Assembly: GCF_000015585.1 (NCBI RefSeq)
Contig: NC_008789.1
Location: forward strand, 1,230,001-1,262,000
DNA from: Halorhodospira halophila SL1
GTDB lineage: Bacteria > Pseudomonadota > Gammaproteobacteria > Nitrococcales > Halorhodospiraceae
Direction of reading: 5' to 3'
Length of the DNA stretch: 32,000 nt
The notes under the pieces are model-generated. The model had not been told where the DNA came from. It worked only from the letters and a program-made list of their open reading frames with translations, and did not search any database. Shown here piece after piece: positions 1-8,759 of this stretch (position 1 is its first letter; each line of letters starts with the position of its first letter). A program made the position numbers and the translations under genes.

Positions 1-920
1 CGGCCCATAGCTACGCCAACTATGTGCGCAGCGCCCAGGGGGCGATCGACTACCTGCCGCTGAGCCCCCCGGACCGCTACCTACTCTCGCTCCCGCTCTT
101 CCACGTCGGCGGGCTGGGCATTGTCTTCCGCTGCCTGGAGGCCGGGGTGCCGATGGTGGTCGGGGGACGCAGCGAGGACGCGACGTTCCTGGCGGCCTAC
201 CGTGTCAGCCACGTGTCGATGGTCGAGACGCAGCTCCACCGCTTGCTGCGCGGCGCCGGTGACCCCCTGCCAAAGCTGCGCTGCGTGCTGCTCGGCGGCG
301 GCCCGGTGGCCACCGAACTGCTCGAGGAGGCGCAGGCGCGCGGCCTGCCGTGCTACATGAGCTACGGCCTGACCGAGATGACCGCCCAGGTGGCCACCTG
401 GCCGGCACTGCACGGCGGGGGCCGGATCCTCCCGTACCGGGCGCTGCGCATCGACCACGACGAGATCCGCGTCCGCGGCGATACCCTGTGCCTCGGCTAC
501 CTCGACCGCGGCACCGTGGCCCCGCTGACCGATGCCGACGGGTGGTTCTCCACCGGCGACCTGGGCCACTGGCAGGCGGGACGATTGACCGTCTTCGGCC
601 GCCGCGACAACCAGTTCATCAGTGGCGGCGAGAACATCCAGCCCGAGGCCATCGAACGGGTGCTACGCGAGCACCCGGCGGTCCGCGAGGCCGTGGTGGT
701 CCCGCGCCACGATCGGGAGTTCGGTCAGCGCCCGGTCGCCTTCGTAAAGACCGGCGACGACGCACTCCCCGCCACCGACCTGCGGGCGTGGGTGCGTGCC
801 CGCCTGAGCCCCCACATGACCCCCGTGGCCTGGTATCCACTGCCCGACTCCGGGGGGCTCAAGGTCCGCCGAGCCGAGCTGATCGAGCGCGCCGAGCGGC
901 TGCGCGACCAGGCCCCCTGA
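1..920 (+). CDS. menE: O-succinylbenzoate--CoA ligase / AMP-dependent synthetase, C-terminal part (5' end outside window)
   Basis: The frame is open from the window edge (codons from nt 3), with stop at 918-920. It carries AMP-binding family motifs YGLTEM, WFSTGDLG and GRRDNQFISGGENIQPEAIE. The tail (HPAV..VVP..D.EFGQRPVAFV) parallels the E. coli MenE C-terminus as I remember it. Confidence 0.7.
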   Translation, partial: AHSYANYVRSAQGAIDYLPLSPPDRYLLSLPLFHVGGLGIVFRCLEAGVPMVVGGRSEDATFLAAYRVSHVSMVETQLHRLLRGAGDPLPKLRCVLLGGGPVATELLEEAQARGLPCYMSYGLTEMTAQVATWPALHGGGRILPYRALRIDHDEIRVRGDTLCLGYLDRGTVAPLTDADGWFSTGDLGHWQAGRLTVFGRRDNQFISGGENIQPEAIERVLREHPAVREAVVVPRHDREFGQRPVAFVKTGDDALPATDLRAWVRARLSPHMTPVAWYPLPDSGGLKVRRAELIERAERLRDQAP

Positions 921-1035
921 ACCCAGGCGCGAGCCACTGCCCACCACCGGACCGTAGGCGCAGGGACAAGATTTGCCCTAGACTGGCAGCGTAGGTCCTC
1001 GGATCGGGGACCGCAGCCAGCGCAAGGAGATGCCC

Positions 1036-1416
1036 ATGTCCCTCGGCTACTGGATGGTCCTCGTCGCCGCCATCCTCCCCATGGCCTTCGCCGGCGCCGC
1101 CAAATTCGGTGGCGGGCAGTTCGACAACGCCCGACCCCGGGAGTGGCTCGACCGCCAGGAGGGGTGGCCGAAACGCGCCCACTGGGCGCAGCAAAACGGC
1201 TACGAGGCGTTCCCACCCTTCGCCGCGGCGGTGATCATCGCCCACCAGGTCGGGGCCGCGCAGGGCTTGATCGACACCCTGGCGGTGCTCTTCGTCCTGC
1301 TGCGCATCGCCTACGGGCTGTTCTATATCGGTGACCAGGCCAACCTGCGCAGCCTGGCCTGGATGGCCGCGTTCGCCTGCATCATCGGCCTGTTCCTGGC
1401 CGCAGCGGCGGCCTGA
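1036..1416 (+). CDS. MAPEG family inner-membrane protein
   Basis: This is a small hydrophobic protein with the pattern NARPREW...RAHWAQQNGYEAFPPFAAAV typical of bacterial MAPEG proteins. AAGGAG at 1024-1029 abuts the first ATG (1030) but lies 6 nt before the second ATG (1036), so 1036 is preferred. Confidence 0.7.
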   Translation: MSLGYWMVLVAAILPMAFAGAAKFGGGQFDNARPREWLDRQEGWPKRAHWAQQNGYEAFPPFAAAVIIAHQVGAAQGLIDTLAVLFVLLRIAYGLFYIGDQANLRSLAWMAAFACIIGLFLAAAAA

Positions 1417-1507
1417 ACCGCTGCCCGCCCGTCTTGGGAGGGTTCGGGGGCAATCGCTAGACTGCCCCAGTCCCGTATCGATGGAGAGAATCAAGGGAGA
1501 CAAGACC

Positions 1508-2068
1508 ATGGTAGGACGAATTGGTAACGGCGGCAGGGCCGCCCCGCTGGTCGCATTCGCCACCGCGGCACTGCTCGGCAGCGGACTGGCCGCGGCGCAG
1601 GTCGAGCGTGGAGACGGCATGGGGCAGGGCTTCGGGCCCGGCCCGGCCGGACCGGGCGCCGGGGCCATGCAGCAGCCCGGTATGGGCATGGGGTCCGGAC
1701 TGGGCTACGGTCCCTGTTGGGACTGGATGCGCGGGGGGTTCGAGGGCGGGTTCGGAGACCCGCGCACCCCGCTCTGGGACCTGGAACTCGAAGGCGAGAA
1801 GCTCGCCGAGATGCGTAAGCTCCGCCGCGCCTATCGGGAGTTCGAGGCCCATGTGGGGGTCGAGCTGGCCGAGATGCGCGACGACATGGCCGAGCTGATG
1901 GCGGTCGAACGGCCGGACCCCGAGGCCATCGAGGAACTCCACGGGCGCATGTCCGAACTCCAGGGCGAGCTGCTCGCCGAGCGGGTGCGCATGCGCAACG
2001 AGATGATCGGCCTGCTCGACGACGAGCAGCGCGAGCGCTTCCGCAAGGAGTTCGGCCCGCGGCGCTGA
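1508..2068 (+). CDS. Spy/CpxP/ZraP-like periplasmic protein (heavy-metal sensor/chaperone family)
   Basis: It has a signal peptide (LVAFATAALLGSGLAAAQ), a Gly/Met-rich linker, then charged helices ending in LLDDEQRERFRKEF (LTXXQ-like). GGGAGA lies about 8 nt upstream of ATG 1508. An alternative ATG is at 1481. Confidence 0.65.
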   Translation: MVGRIGNGGRAAPLVAFATAALLGSGLAAAQVERGDGMGQGFGPGPAGPGAGAMQQPGMGMGSGLGYGPCWDWMRGGFEGGFGDPRTPLWDLELEGEKLAEMRKLRRAYREFEAHVGVELAEMRDDMAELMAVERPDPEAIEELHGRMSELQGELLAERVRMRNEMIGLLDDEQRERFRKEFGPRR

Positions 2069-2088
2069 CCGCTGGGACCGACCGCTAT

Positions 2089-2124
2089 CCGCCGCCGGAT
2101 CCGGCTCACCCGATCCGGCGGCGG
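2089..2124. terminator. GC-rich hairpin between convergent genes (candidate bidirectional terminator)
   Basis: CCGCCGCCGGATC (2089-2101) pairs perfectly with GATCCGGCGGCGG (2112-2124) around a 10-nt loop. It sits between the stop at 2068 (+) and the stop at 2136 (-). There is no clear U-tract. Confidence 0.5.
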
Positions 2125-2135
2125 TCTAACCGCTG

Positions 2136-3188
2136 TCAGCGGATCCGCTCATCGGCGCGGTCGCTCAGCAGCACGGCGATCCAGCGAGTCTCTGGCTGCG
2201 CCTCCAGGGCCAGCTTGGCGATCATGGTCAGCGGGATCGACAGCAACATCCCGACCGGCCCGAACACCCACCCCCAGACCATCAACGAGATCAGCACCAC
2301 CAGCGGCGACAGCCCCAGGGTGCGCCCCATCAGGCGCGGCTCGGTAATGCTGCCGATGGCCACGTTCACCGCCACATACAGGGCCACCGTCAGCACCGCA
2401 TCGAGCAGCCCCCCACCGAGCAGGGCCACCGCCACCGCAGGGGCGGCGGCGATGATCGACCCCACCGTGGGGATAAAATTCAGCAGCCCGGCGAAGATCC
2501 CCCAGAGGATCGGGAAATCCACGCCGATGAGCCACAACCCGGTACCGATGATCACGCCGGTCAGGGTACTGGTGGCGCTCTTGATGAAGATGTAGCGATC
2601 GACCGCGCGCAGGAACCGCCGGGTACGCACCCGCGCCCGACGGCTGGCGGGGAAGGCGACCGAGAGTTTGCCGGGCAACGTGCTCTCTTCCAGGAGCAGG
2701 AACATGAAGGCGAGCAGCACCAGGAAGGTGGCCGCCGTAAACTGACCGATACCGCTGGCGACCGTCGCCGCCGCATCGGTAAGCGTCCCCACCGCCGGCA
2801 GCGGAATCTGCTCGGGGAGGCTCTCCGGCGGCACCCCCATGGATACGACGTACTCACGCAGCTGGCCGAAGACGATGGTCAACTGCTCCTGATACTCCGG
2901 CGCCTGGGTGGCCATGGTCTCCACCGCGCCACGCAGAGCGTGGAAGAGCAGGAAGAAGAGCAGCCCCACGCCAAGGAAGAGGATCATCACCGCCAAGACC
3001 GCGGGCACGCCGCGTCGCTGCATCCAGTTCAGCGGCGTCGCCGAGGCGATGGCCAGGAACGCCGCCAGCAGTAGTGGATTGACGATGCCGGAGACCGCCT
3101 GGAGCCCGGCCAGGATGATCACGACAGCAGCTCCGCCCACCAGCCAATGCCAGGTGGAGGGCCCCCCGTTCTGGTTCAGTATGGTCAC
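2136..3188 (-). CDS. AI-2E family transporter (PerM/YhhT-like permease)
   Basis: It is a multi-pass membrane protein whose conserved C-terminal block (FIPTVGSIIAAAPAVAVAL...GLSPLVVLISLMVWGWVFGPVGMLLSIPLT) is characteristic of AI-2E/UPF0118. I prefer the GTG start at 3188, which has AGGGAA 6 nt upstream. The ORF track extends to a TTG at 3260. Confidence 0.8.
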   Translation of the reverse strand: MTILNQNGGPSTWHWLVGGAAVVIILAGLQAVSGIVNPLLLAAFLAIASATPLNWMQRRGVPAVLAVMILFLGVGLLFFLLFHALRGAVETMATQAPEYQEQLTIVFGQLREYVVSMGVPPESLPEQIPLPAVGTLTDAAATVASGIGQFTAATFLVLLAFMFLLLEESTLPGKLSVAFPASRRARVRTRRFLRAVDRYIFIKSATSTLTGVIIGTGLWLIGVDFPILWGIFAGLLNFIPTVGSIIAAAPAVAVALLGGGLLDAVLTVALYVAVNVAIGSITEPRLMGRTLGLSPLVVLISLMVWGWVFGPVGMLLSIPLTMIAKLALEAQPETRWIAVLLSDRADERIR

Positions 3189-3294
3189 GTCCGTTTCCCT
3201 AACGCTGGTGCGACTCCACACACGGATACGCCCCGGCGCGGCCAAGCCGCGCCGGGCCAACCCGGATCAGGGTAACAGGGGCACAGGGGGCAAC

Positions 3295-5328
3295 TCAGTC
3301 TTCCCGGCGGCCATCCCCCGGGGGCATCGCTTCACCCATCGGGTTCCGGCTCAGGCGCACCGCCGCCGGTTCGCGACCGTCGACGGCCTCACCGTACACC
3401 TGGGCCACCTCGTCGCGGGAGACCACTGACGCCACCTGCTCCAGCCCGCCACGATGGGCCAGGATGGTCCGGTAGGCCAGCACCGCCTGCACATAGCGGC
3501 GGGTCTCATGGTAGGGGATCGATTCGATCCACACGTCCAGCGGCCGCCCTTCCTGCTCCAGCCAACCGGCTACCCGGCTCGGGCCGGCATTGTAGGCCGC
3601 CAGGGCCTTGAGCCGGTTGCCATCGAACCGCTCCAGCAGCTTCTGCAGGTACTCGGCGCCCAGGCGAACATTGAGCTCGGGATCGAATAGTCCGCCCACA
3701 TCCGGCCCTGGCCGGCCACCCTCCTCGGCCAACTGCCGCGCGGTTCCTGGCAGCAGCTGCATCAGTCCGCGGGCCCCGGCCGGAGAGACGGCATCACGAT
3801 GGAAGGCCGATTCGCGTCGAGCCACTGCCATCAACAGGCACGATTCGACGCCGGTATCCGCCGCCACCCGCTGGAAGGCGTCGCGGTAGGCGTGGGGGAA
3901 GCGCCACTGCAGGGCCTCGACCGCTCCGGCCCGATTGGCAGCCGCTATGGCCAACTCATACCAGCCCTGCCTGTAGGCGTGGGCCGCCAGGGCTTGCTGC
4001 TCGGCCGCACCGCGATCCTGCAACAGGCGGCCCCATTCGTCCCGGGCCAGACGCAACTCCCCGACCTGGTAGAGCAGGCGCACCCGCAGCAACGCCGGAT
4101 CCGGAGCGGGCGGATCCGGCTCCGAGCTCACTTCCTGTAGCGCATAGGCTTGACCGATGTGCTCGGCGGCCAGGAACCCCCAGAAGGAGCGCTGCCCGGC
4201 CGCCTCTCGCCAATGCTCCCGAGCCCGTGCCGCATCGCCCAACTCGAGTTGGGCCCGCCCGAGCCAGTACTGCCAACGGGCGGTGCGGACGGACCCCTCC
4301 GACAGGCGCGCCGACCAGAAGACCAGGTCGGTCCAGTGCTCCTCGATCACCGCGCGGCGCATGCGCTGCTCCAGGAGTTCCTCGCCGCCGTGCTCGGCCA
4401 GCCAGCGGTCGACCCACCCCCGGTTCTCGGGGACGCCGCGGATGATCGAGTACCAGGCGACGCGCTCGAACACCTCCCGGCGCTCGCCGGCCGGTAGATC
4501 CGGCAGATCCTCCCCGATCCGTTCCAGGTACTCGCGGGCCGCCACCGTGTCTTCCCGGGCCAGCCGGTAGAGCCCGTCGGCGGTCACCTGACGGCGCAGG
4601 CGCGGTGGCAACCCCTCATCCACGTCACCGACCCGCGTCGGCTGCTGCTCAAGACGGTACAGCCACTCGGCGGCAGCCAACCAACGCTCGCCGCCGAGCA
4701 GACCTTCCAAATAACGCAGCAGTCCCGGCTGGTCATTGCGGAAGGCCAGGCGCATGCGCTGCCAGACGGCCCGATCATCGATGACGCCAGCCTCGCGGGC
4801 CGCCTCGAACAGGCCGTCGCAGGCTGCCGGCCGCGACACCCCGGCATGCCAGGCACTCCGGGCAAAGGCCAGGGCCTCGCCCCGGCGCGTCTCCAGATGG
4901 GCCTGCCACCAGTGGCAACGCAACGCCAGGCGGGACGGCGGCTCGTCGGTGACCCGACGCACCGCCGCGTCATCCCCGGCCTCGGCGTAACGGCGCACGG
5001 CGACGCGCTTGAGGACATCGGCCAGCGGCGTATCGGCATGGCGCTGTTGATAATCCACCACCCGCCGGGGATCGAGCTCGGGCAGGGCGCTGCGCAGGCG
5101 GTGGAACTCCAGGTAAGCAGCCATCGGGTGCGGATCACCCAGGCAGGGCTCCAGCTCCGCTACCCGGGACCAATCATCGTCCCGGGCCGCCTCCAGGGCC
5201 TCGTGGAAGCGTTCACCGTGGTCGGCGTCCGGACAGCCCCGATCCGGACCGGCGACCCCTGCGGAGAGGCCGAGGACCAGGAACAGTGCGACCAGGACGA
5301 AGCCACGATAACCGCCGGAAGGGACCAT
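3295..5328 (-). CDS. slt: Soluble lytic murein transglycosylase (Slt70-like)
   Basis: It has an N-terminal signal peptide, a long helical superhelix region, and a C-terminal SLT domain with ES.F......S.AGA.GLMQL.P.TA and AYNAGP motifs. Confidence 0.85.
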   Translation of the reverse strand: MVPSGGYRGFVLVALFLVLGLSAGVAGPDRGCPDADHGERFHEALEAARDDDWSRVAELEPCLGDPHPMAAYLEFHRLRSALPELDPRRVVDYQQRHADTPLADVLKRVAVRRYAEAGDDAAVRRVTDEPPSRLALRCHWWQAHLETRRGEALAFARSAWHAGVSRPAACDGLFEAAREAGVIDDRAVWQRMRLAFRNDQPGLLRYLEGLLGGERWLAAAEWLYRLEQQPTRVGDVDEGLPPRLRRQVTADGLYRLAREDTVAAREYLERIGEDLPDLPAGERREVFERVAWYSIIRGVPENRGWVDRWLAEHGGEELLEQRMRRAVIEEHWTDLVFWSARLSEGSVRTARWQYWLGRAQLELGDAARAREHWREAAGQRSFWGFLAAEHIGQAYALQEVSSEPDPPAPDPALLRVRLLYQVGELRLARDEWGRLLQDRGAAEQQALAAHAYRQGWYELAIAAANRAGAVEALQWRFPHAYRDAFQRVAADTGVESCLLMAVARRESAFHRDAVSPAGARGLMQLLPGTARQLAEEGGRPGPDVGGLFDPELNVRLGAEYLQKLLERFDGNRLKALAAYNAGPSRVAGWLEQEGRPLDVWIESIPYHETRRYVQAVLAYRTILAHRGGLEQVASVVSRDEVAQVYGEAVDGREPAAVRLSRNPMGEAMPPGDGRRED

Positions 5329-5441
5329 GCTCTCGGGACTCCGGCGCGGGTGCGCGTGATAGCCAAGCCTCCCCGAACGCTAGCGCCGGCACCCCCGCAG
5401 GTCAACTGCACAGGCCGCCGCACGCAGGGACAAGTGCAGCC

Positions 5442-6512
5442 ATGGCCGTGGTAGCCTTTGCCCCGGACAGATCATCAGCAAGGGGGATGCGCGTGGGGAC
5501 TGTCGGCACCATCCTGCAGGGTATCGGTATCGTGGTGGGCGGCCTGATCGTGCTCGCCGCCCTGGTCCTGGCCATCGGACCATTCATGATCTCCACTCAG
5601 CCGGCGGACGGCGTCCAGGACGGCCGCGAGCTCGGCGGGGATCAGAGCCGTTTCATCACTGTGCCGTTCCCAGGGTTCCCGGACGGGCTGCAGCTGCACT
5701 ACGTCACCGCCGGCGAGGAGCACGCCGATTCCGACAAGCCGGCGTGGCTGCTGCTTCACGGCTTCTCTTTCAGCACGGTGACCTGGGAACCGCTGCTCCC
5801 GAGCCTGGGCAGTGACCGCTATACCGTGGCCTACGACCAGATCCCCTACGGCCTGAGTGATAAGCCCGACTACCGCGGCGAGGGGCCGAACCCCTTCACC
5901 CTCGAGGCTGACGTCGCCCACCTGTTCAGCCTTATGGACGAATTGGGGCAGGAGCAGGCGGTGCTGGTGGGCAACTCCGCCGGTGGGGTGATTGCCCTGG
6001 AGGCGGCACGGCAGGCCCCCGAACGGGTCGCAGGCTTGGTGCTGATCAACCCCATGGCCGCCCTCGAACGACCCACGCTACCGAAATGGCTGGCGCAGCT
6101 GCCGCAGGCCAAGCGCCTCAGCCTGCTGGGCGGGCGCTGGCTGGGCCGGAGCACCGAACTGCTCGAACGCTCCTATTACGATACCGACGCCATCACCCCG
6201 GAGCGGGAGGCACGCTTTAGCCTGCACACCGCCATGGCCGGCTGGGACCGTGCCTGGGGGCAACTGATGCACCGTTCGCTGACCGACGCCCTGCAGGTAC
6301 GCGGCCCTCTGGAGGGGGTCGAGACCCCGACGCAGGTCATCATCAGCGTCGAGGACGAAGTCATCCCCGCAGCCGATTCCCACCGGGTGGCCGACGCCCT
6401 GCCCAACGCCGAGCGCGTGGAACTGCAGGCCTGCGGCCACCTCCCGCAGGAGGAGTGTCCGGCCGAAACGGCGGCCGCCATCGAGCAGTGGCGGGAGCGA
6501 CACGACCTCTAG
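5442..6512 (+). CDS. Alpha/beta-fold hydrolase with N-terminal membrane anchor
   Basis: It has an HGF oxyanion motif (LLLHGFSFS), a nucleophile elbow GNSAGG, and a C-terminal His (ACGHLPQEE). A TM helix (GIGIVVGGLIVLAALVLAIGPF) follows the start. An alternative start is ATG 5487. Confidence 0.75.
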   Translation: MAVVAFAPDRSSARGMRVGTVGTILQGIGIVVGGLIVLAALVLAIGPFMISTQPADGVQDGRELGGDQSRFITVPFPGFPDGLQLHYVTAGEEHADSDKPAWLLLHGFSFSTVTWEPLLPSLGSDRYTVAYDQIPYGLSDKPDYRGEGPNPFTLEADVAHLFSLMDELGQEQAVLVGNSAGGVIALEAARQAPERVAGLVLINPMAALERPTLPKWLAQLPQAKRLSLLGGRWLGRSTELLERSYYDTDAITPEREARFSLHTAMAGWDRAWGQLMHRSLTDALQVRGPLEGVETPTQVIISVEDEVIPAADSHRVADALPNAERVELQACGHLPQEECPAETAAAIEQWRERHDL

Positions 6513-6535
6513 GCCCGCACCGACGGAGGAGCAGG

Positions 6536-7846
6536 ATGCCCCGGGAGAATCCGCAAGTAGTTGTCATCGGCGCCGGCCTGGCCGGCCTCGCCGCAGCACG
6601 TGATCTAGCGGCCGGCGGCGCCCGTGTGGAGTTGCTGGAAGCCGGCGACGAGGTAGGCGGACGCGTTCGCACCGACCGCCTGCGGCTGGACGGCAGCCCG
6701 GCGAGCGGCGAGGAGCCGGCCTTCCAGCTCGACCGCGGTTTCCAGGTGCTACTGACCGCCTACCCGGAGCTGCGCAGCCGCGCCGACCTGGACGCGCTGC
6801 AGCTGCGCCGGTACGCCCCCGGCGCCCTGATCCGCACCGAGGGCGGACTGCACCGGCTCAGCGATCCGTTCCGCGCCCCGCAGGCGCTGCTGAAAACCCT
6901 ACAGGCCCCGGTGGGCAGTCTCGGCGACAAGCTACGCATCGCCCGCCTGCGGGCCCGCCTGCGCCGCGGCGATGCCGAGCGTCCCCTGTACGGGCCGCAG
7001 CAAAGCAGCGCCGAAGCCTTCGCCGCGGAGGGCTTCTCGGCACGGATGGTCGAGCGCTTCCTGCGGCCGCTATTCGGCGGCGTTCTCCTCGACCCCCAAC
7101 TCCAGACCTCGGCCCGACTGCTGAACTTCGTCTTCCGCATGTTCGCCGAGGGCGATGCAGCCATCCCCGCCGGCGGCGTCGGCGACCTGCCGCGCCAGCT
7201 GGCTGCTCAACTCCCCGCCGACCGGGTGAGGCTGCGCCTTGGGACTGCCGCACAGGGCATTGAGCAGGGCCCCATCGTATCGCTGGCGGGTGGCGAGCAA
7301 CTGAGCGCCGATGCCGTCGTGGTCGCCACCGACGGGCCAGCCTTCACCCGTCTGACCGGGCACCCCACCGCCGCGGGCCGGCCAGTAACCTGCCTGCAGT
7401 TCGCCGCGCCGGAACCGCCGGTGACCGAACCGTTGATCGTACTCAACGGCGAGGGGGAAGGGCCCATACTGCACCTGGCGGCACCCAGTGTGGTGGCCCC
7501 CGAATATGCGCCGCCTGGCTGGCACCTGGTCAGTGCCACTGTGCTCGGCGAGGGGCAGGACCGGGACGACCCCTCCCTACAACGCGAGGCCGTCAGACAG
7601 TTGCGCGACTGGTTCGGGCCGGGGGTGGATCACTGGCGCCCGCTGCGCCTGGAACGCATCCCCTACGGACAGCCGGTTCAGACGCCGCCGGCGCTGACCC
7701 ACCCGTACCAGCCGGCGCGGCTCGGAGGTGACATCTACGCCTGCGGCGATCACCGCGCCCACGGATCCCAGCACGGCGCATTACGCTCGGGCGCACTCGC
7801 CGCCGACGCGGTGCTTGCCGATCAGGGAGGGGGATCTGCCGCCTAG
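6536..7846 (+). CDS. NAD(P)/FAD-dependent oxidoreductase (amine-oxidase/phytoene-desaturase-like fold)
   Basis: It has an N-terminal dinucleotide-binding motif VVVIGAGLAGLAAARDL...VELLEAGDEVGGR. GGAGGA at 6525-6530 lies 5 nt before ATG 6536. The C-terminal segment (YACGDH) is typical of the flavin amine-oxidase family. Confidence 0.75.
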   Translation: MPRENPQVVVIGAGLAGLAAARDLAAGGARVELLEAGDEVGGRVRTDRLRLDGSPASGEEPAFQLDRGFQVLLTAYPELRSRADLDALQLRRYAPGALIRTEGGLHRLSDPFRAPQALLKTLQAPVGSLGDKLRIARLRARLRRGDAERPLYGPQQSSAEAFAAEGFSARMVERFLRPLFGGVLLDPQLQTSARLLNFVFRMFAEGDAAIPAGGVGDLPRQLAAQLPADRVRLRLGTAAQGIEQGPIVSLAGGEQLSADAVVVATDGPAFTRLTGHPTAAGRPVTCLQFAAPEPPVTEPLIVLNGEGEGPILHLAAPSVVAPEYAPPGWHLVSATVLGEGQDRDDPSLQREAVRQLRDWFGPGVDHWRPLRLERIPYGQPVQTPPALTHPYQPARLGGDIYACGDHRAHGSQHGALRSGALAADAVLADQGGGSAA

Positions 7847-7861
7847 GCAGGATCGGGAAGG

Positions 7862-7938
7862 TGGCCCGCCCGGCAGGATTCGAACCTGCGACCTTCGGCT
7901 CCGGAGGCCGACGCTCTATCCGGCTGAGCTACGGGCGG
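7862..7938 (-). tRNA. tRNA-Arg (anticodon CCG)
   Basis: The reverse complement folds as a cloverleaf: acceptor CCGCCCG/CGGGCGG, D-arm GCTC-AGCCGGATA-GAGC, anticodon arm TCGGC-CTCCGGA-GCCGA, T-arm GCAGG-TTCGAAT-CCTGC, and an encoded CCA. It has a C1-G72 first pair, whereas E. coli argX has G1-C72. Confidence 0.9.
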
Positions 7939-7968
7939 TAGGAGGTGTAGCCTACCGAATTTCGGCCG

Positions 7969-8508
7969 CTACGCCAAGGGTTCGGAGGCGCGCATGCGCG
8001 GCAGCAGGGTCGCGAAGTTGCATGGGCGGGTGCGGGCATCCAGCTGATCGGCCAGGACCCGATCCCAGGCGGTACAGCATCCGCCGGTGGATCCGGGCAG
8101 GGCGAAGATCAGCGTGGCGTTGGCCACACCCGCCACGGCCCGTGACTGCAGGGTCGCGTTGCCGATCTCCTCGAAGGAGCGCTGCCGAAACAGCTCGCCG
8201 AAACCGGGGATCTCGCGATCCAAGAGCGGACGCACCGCCTCCGGCGTCACATCGCGCGCTGTCAGCCCCGTGCCGCCACTGATCAGTACCCCGTCCACCC
8301 GGGAATCGGCGATCCATGCCGAGACCTCGGCGCGGATCCGATAGCGGTCGTCCGGGGCGATCACGCGCCCAGCCAAAACGTGACCGGCCCCCTGCAGACG
8401 CTCAGCCAGGGCCGCCCCGGAGGTGTCCTCGGCCAGCCCGCGGGTATCGGAAACAGTGAGCACCGCCAGGGCCAGGGGCTGAAACACGTCGCCGGCATGT
8501 CCTGCCAC
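7969..8508 (-). CDS. moaB: Molybdenum cofactor biosynthesis protein B (MoaB/MogA-type molybdopterin-binding domain)
   Basis: Motifs LTVSDTR, ISGGTG.T.RDVTPEA and PGFGELFR...ALPGS are typical of MoaB. The start is GTG 8508, with AGGAG 8 nt upstream. Confidence 0.8.
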   Translation of the reverse strand: MAGHAGDVFQPLALAVLTVSDTRGLAEDTSGAALAERLQGAGHVLAGRVIAPDDRYRIRAEVSAWIADSRVDGVLISGGTGLTARDVTPEAVRPLLDREIPGFGELFRQRSFEEIGNATLQSRAVAGVANATLIFALPGSTGGCCTAWDRVLADQLDARTRPCNFATLLPRMRASEPLA

Positions 8509-8513
8509 GTTGA

Positions 8514-8654
8514 TTACTCCTGCTGCTCCTCGGGGTGGACAGGTGCCTCACGCTCGGTGGCCGGCGGGATCATCTCCTCGGGATCCCAGAGAAAGAACGT
8601 CCAGACCAGCATGAGGATCATCAGCCCGACGACCAGGTAGAGGTACAAGCGCAT
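8514..8654 (-). CDS. Small (46 aa) single-pass membrane protein, hypothetical
   Basis: The product is MRLYLYLVVGLMILMLVWTFFLW followed by an acidic tail. AGGAG lies 5 nt upstream of ATG 8654. Its TAA stop is 5 nt before the moaB GTG, and its last codons contain the moaB SD. Confidence 0.4.
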   Translation of the reverse strand: MRLYLYLVVGLMILMLVWTFFLWDPEEMIPPATEREAPVHPEEQQE

Positions 8655-8759
8655 GGCGGACTCCTGAGCGACGTTACCAGTACGATAACAGCCGGCGTAT
8701 CCCGAGGGGCAGACCTCACGGCGTAACACGGTAGAATGCCCGCCCATCGGAAACGGTCA

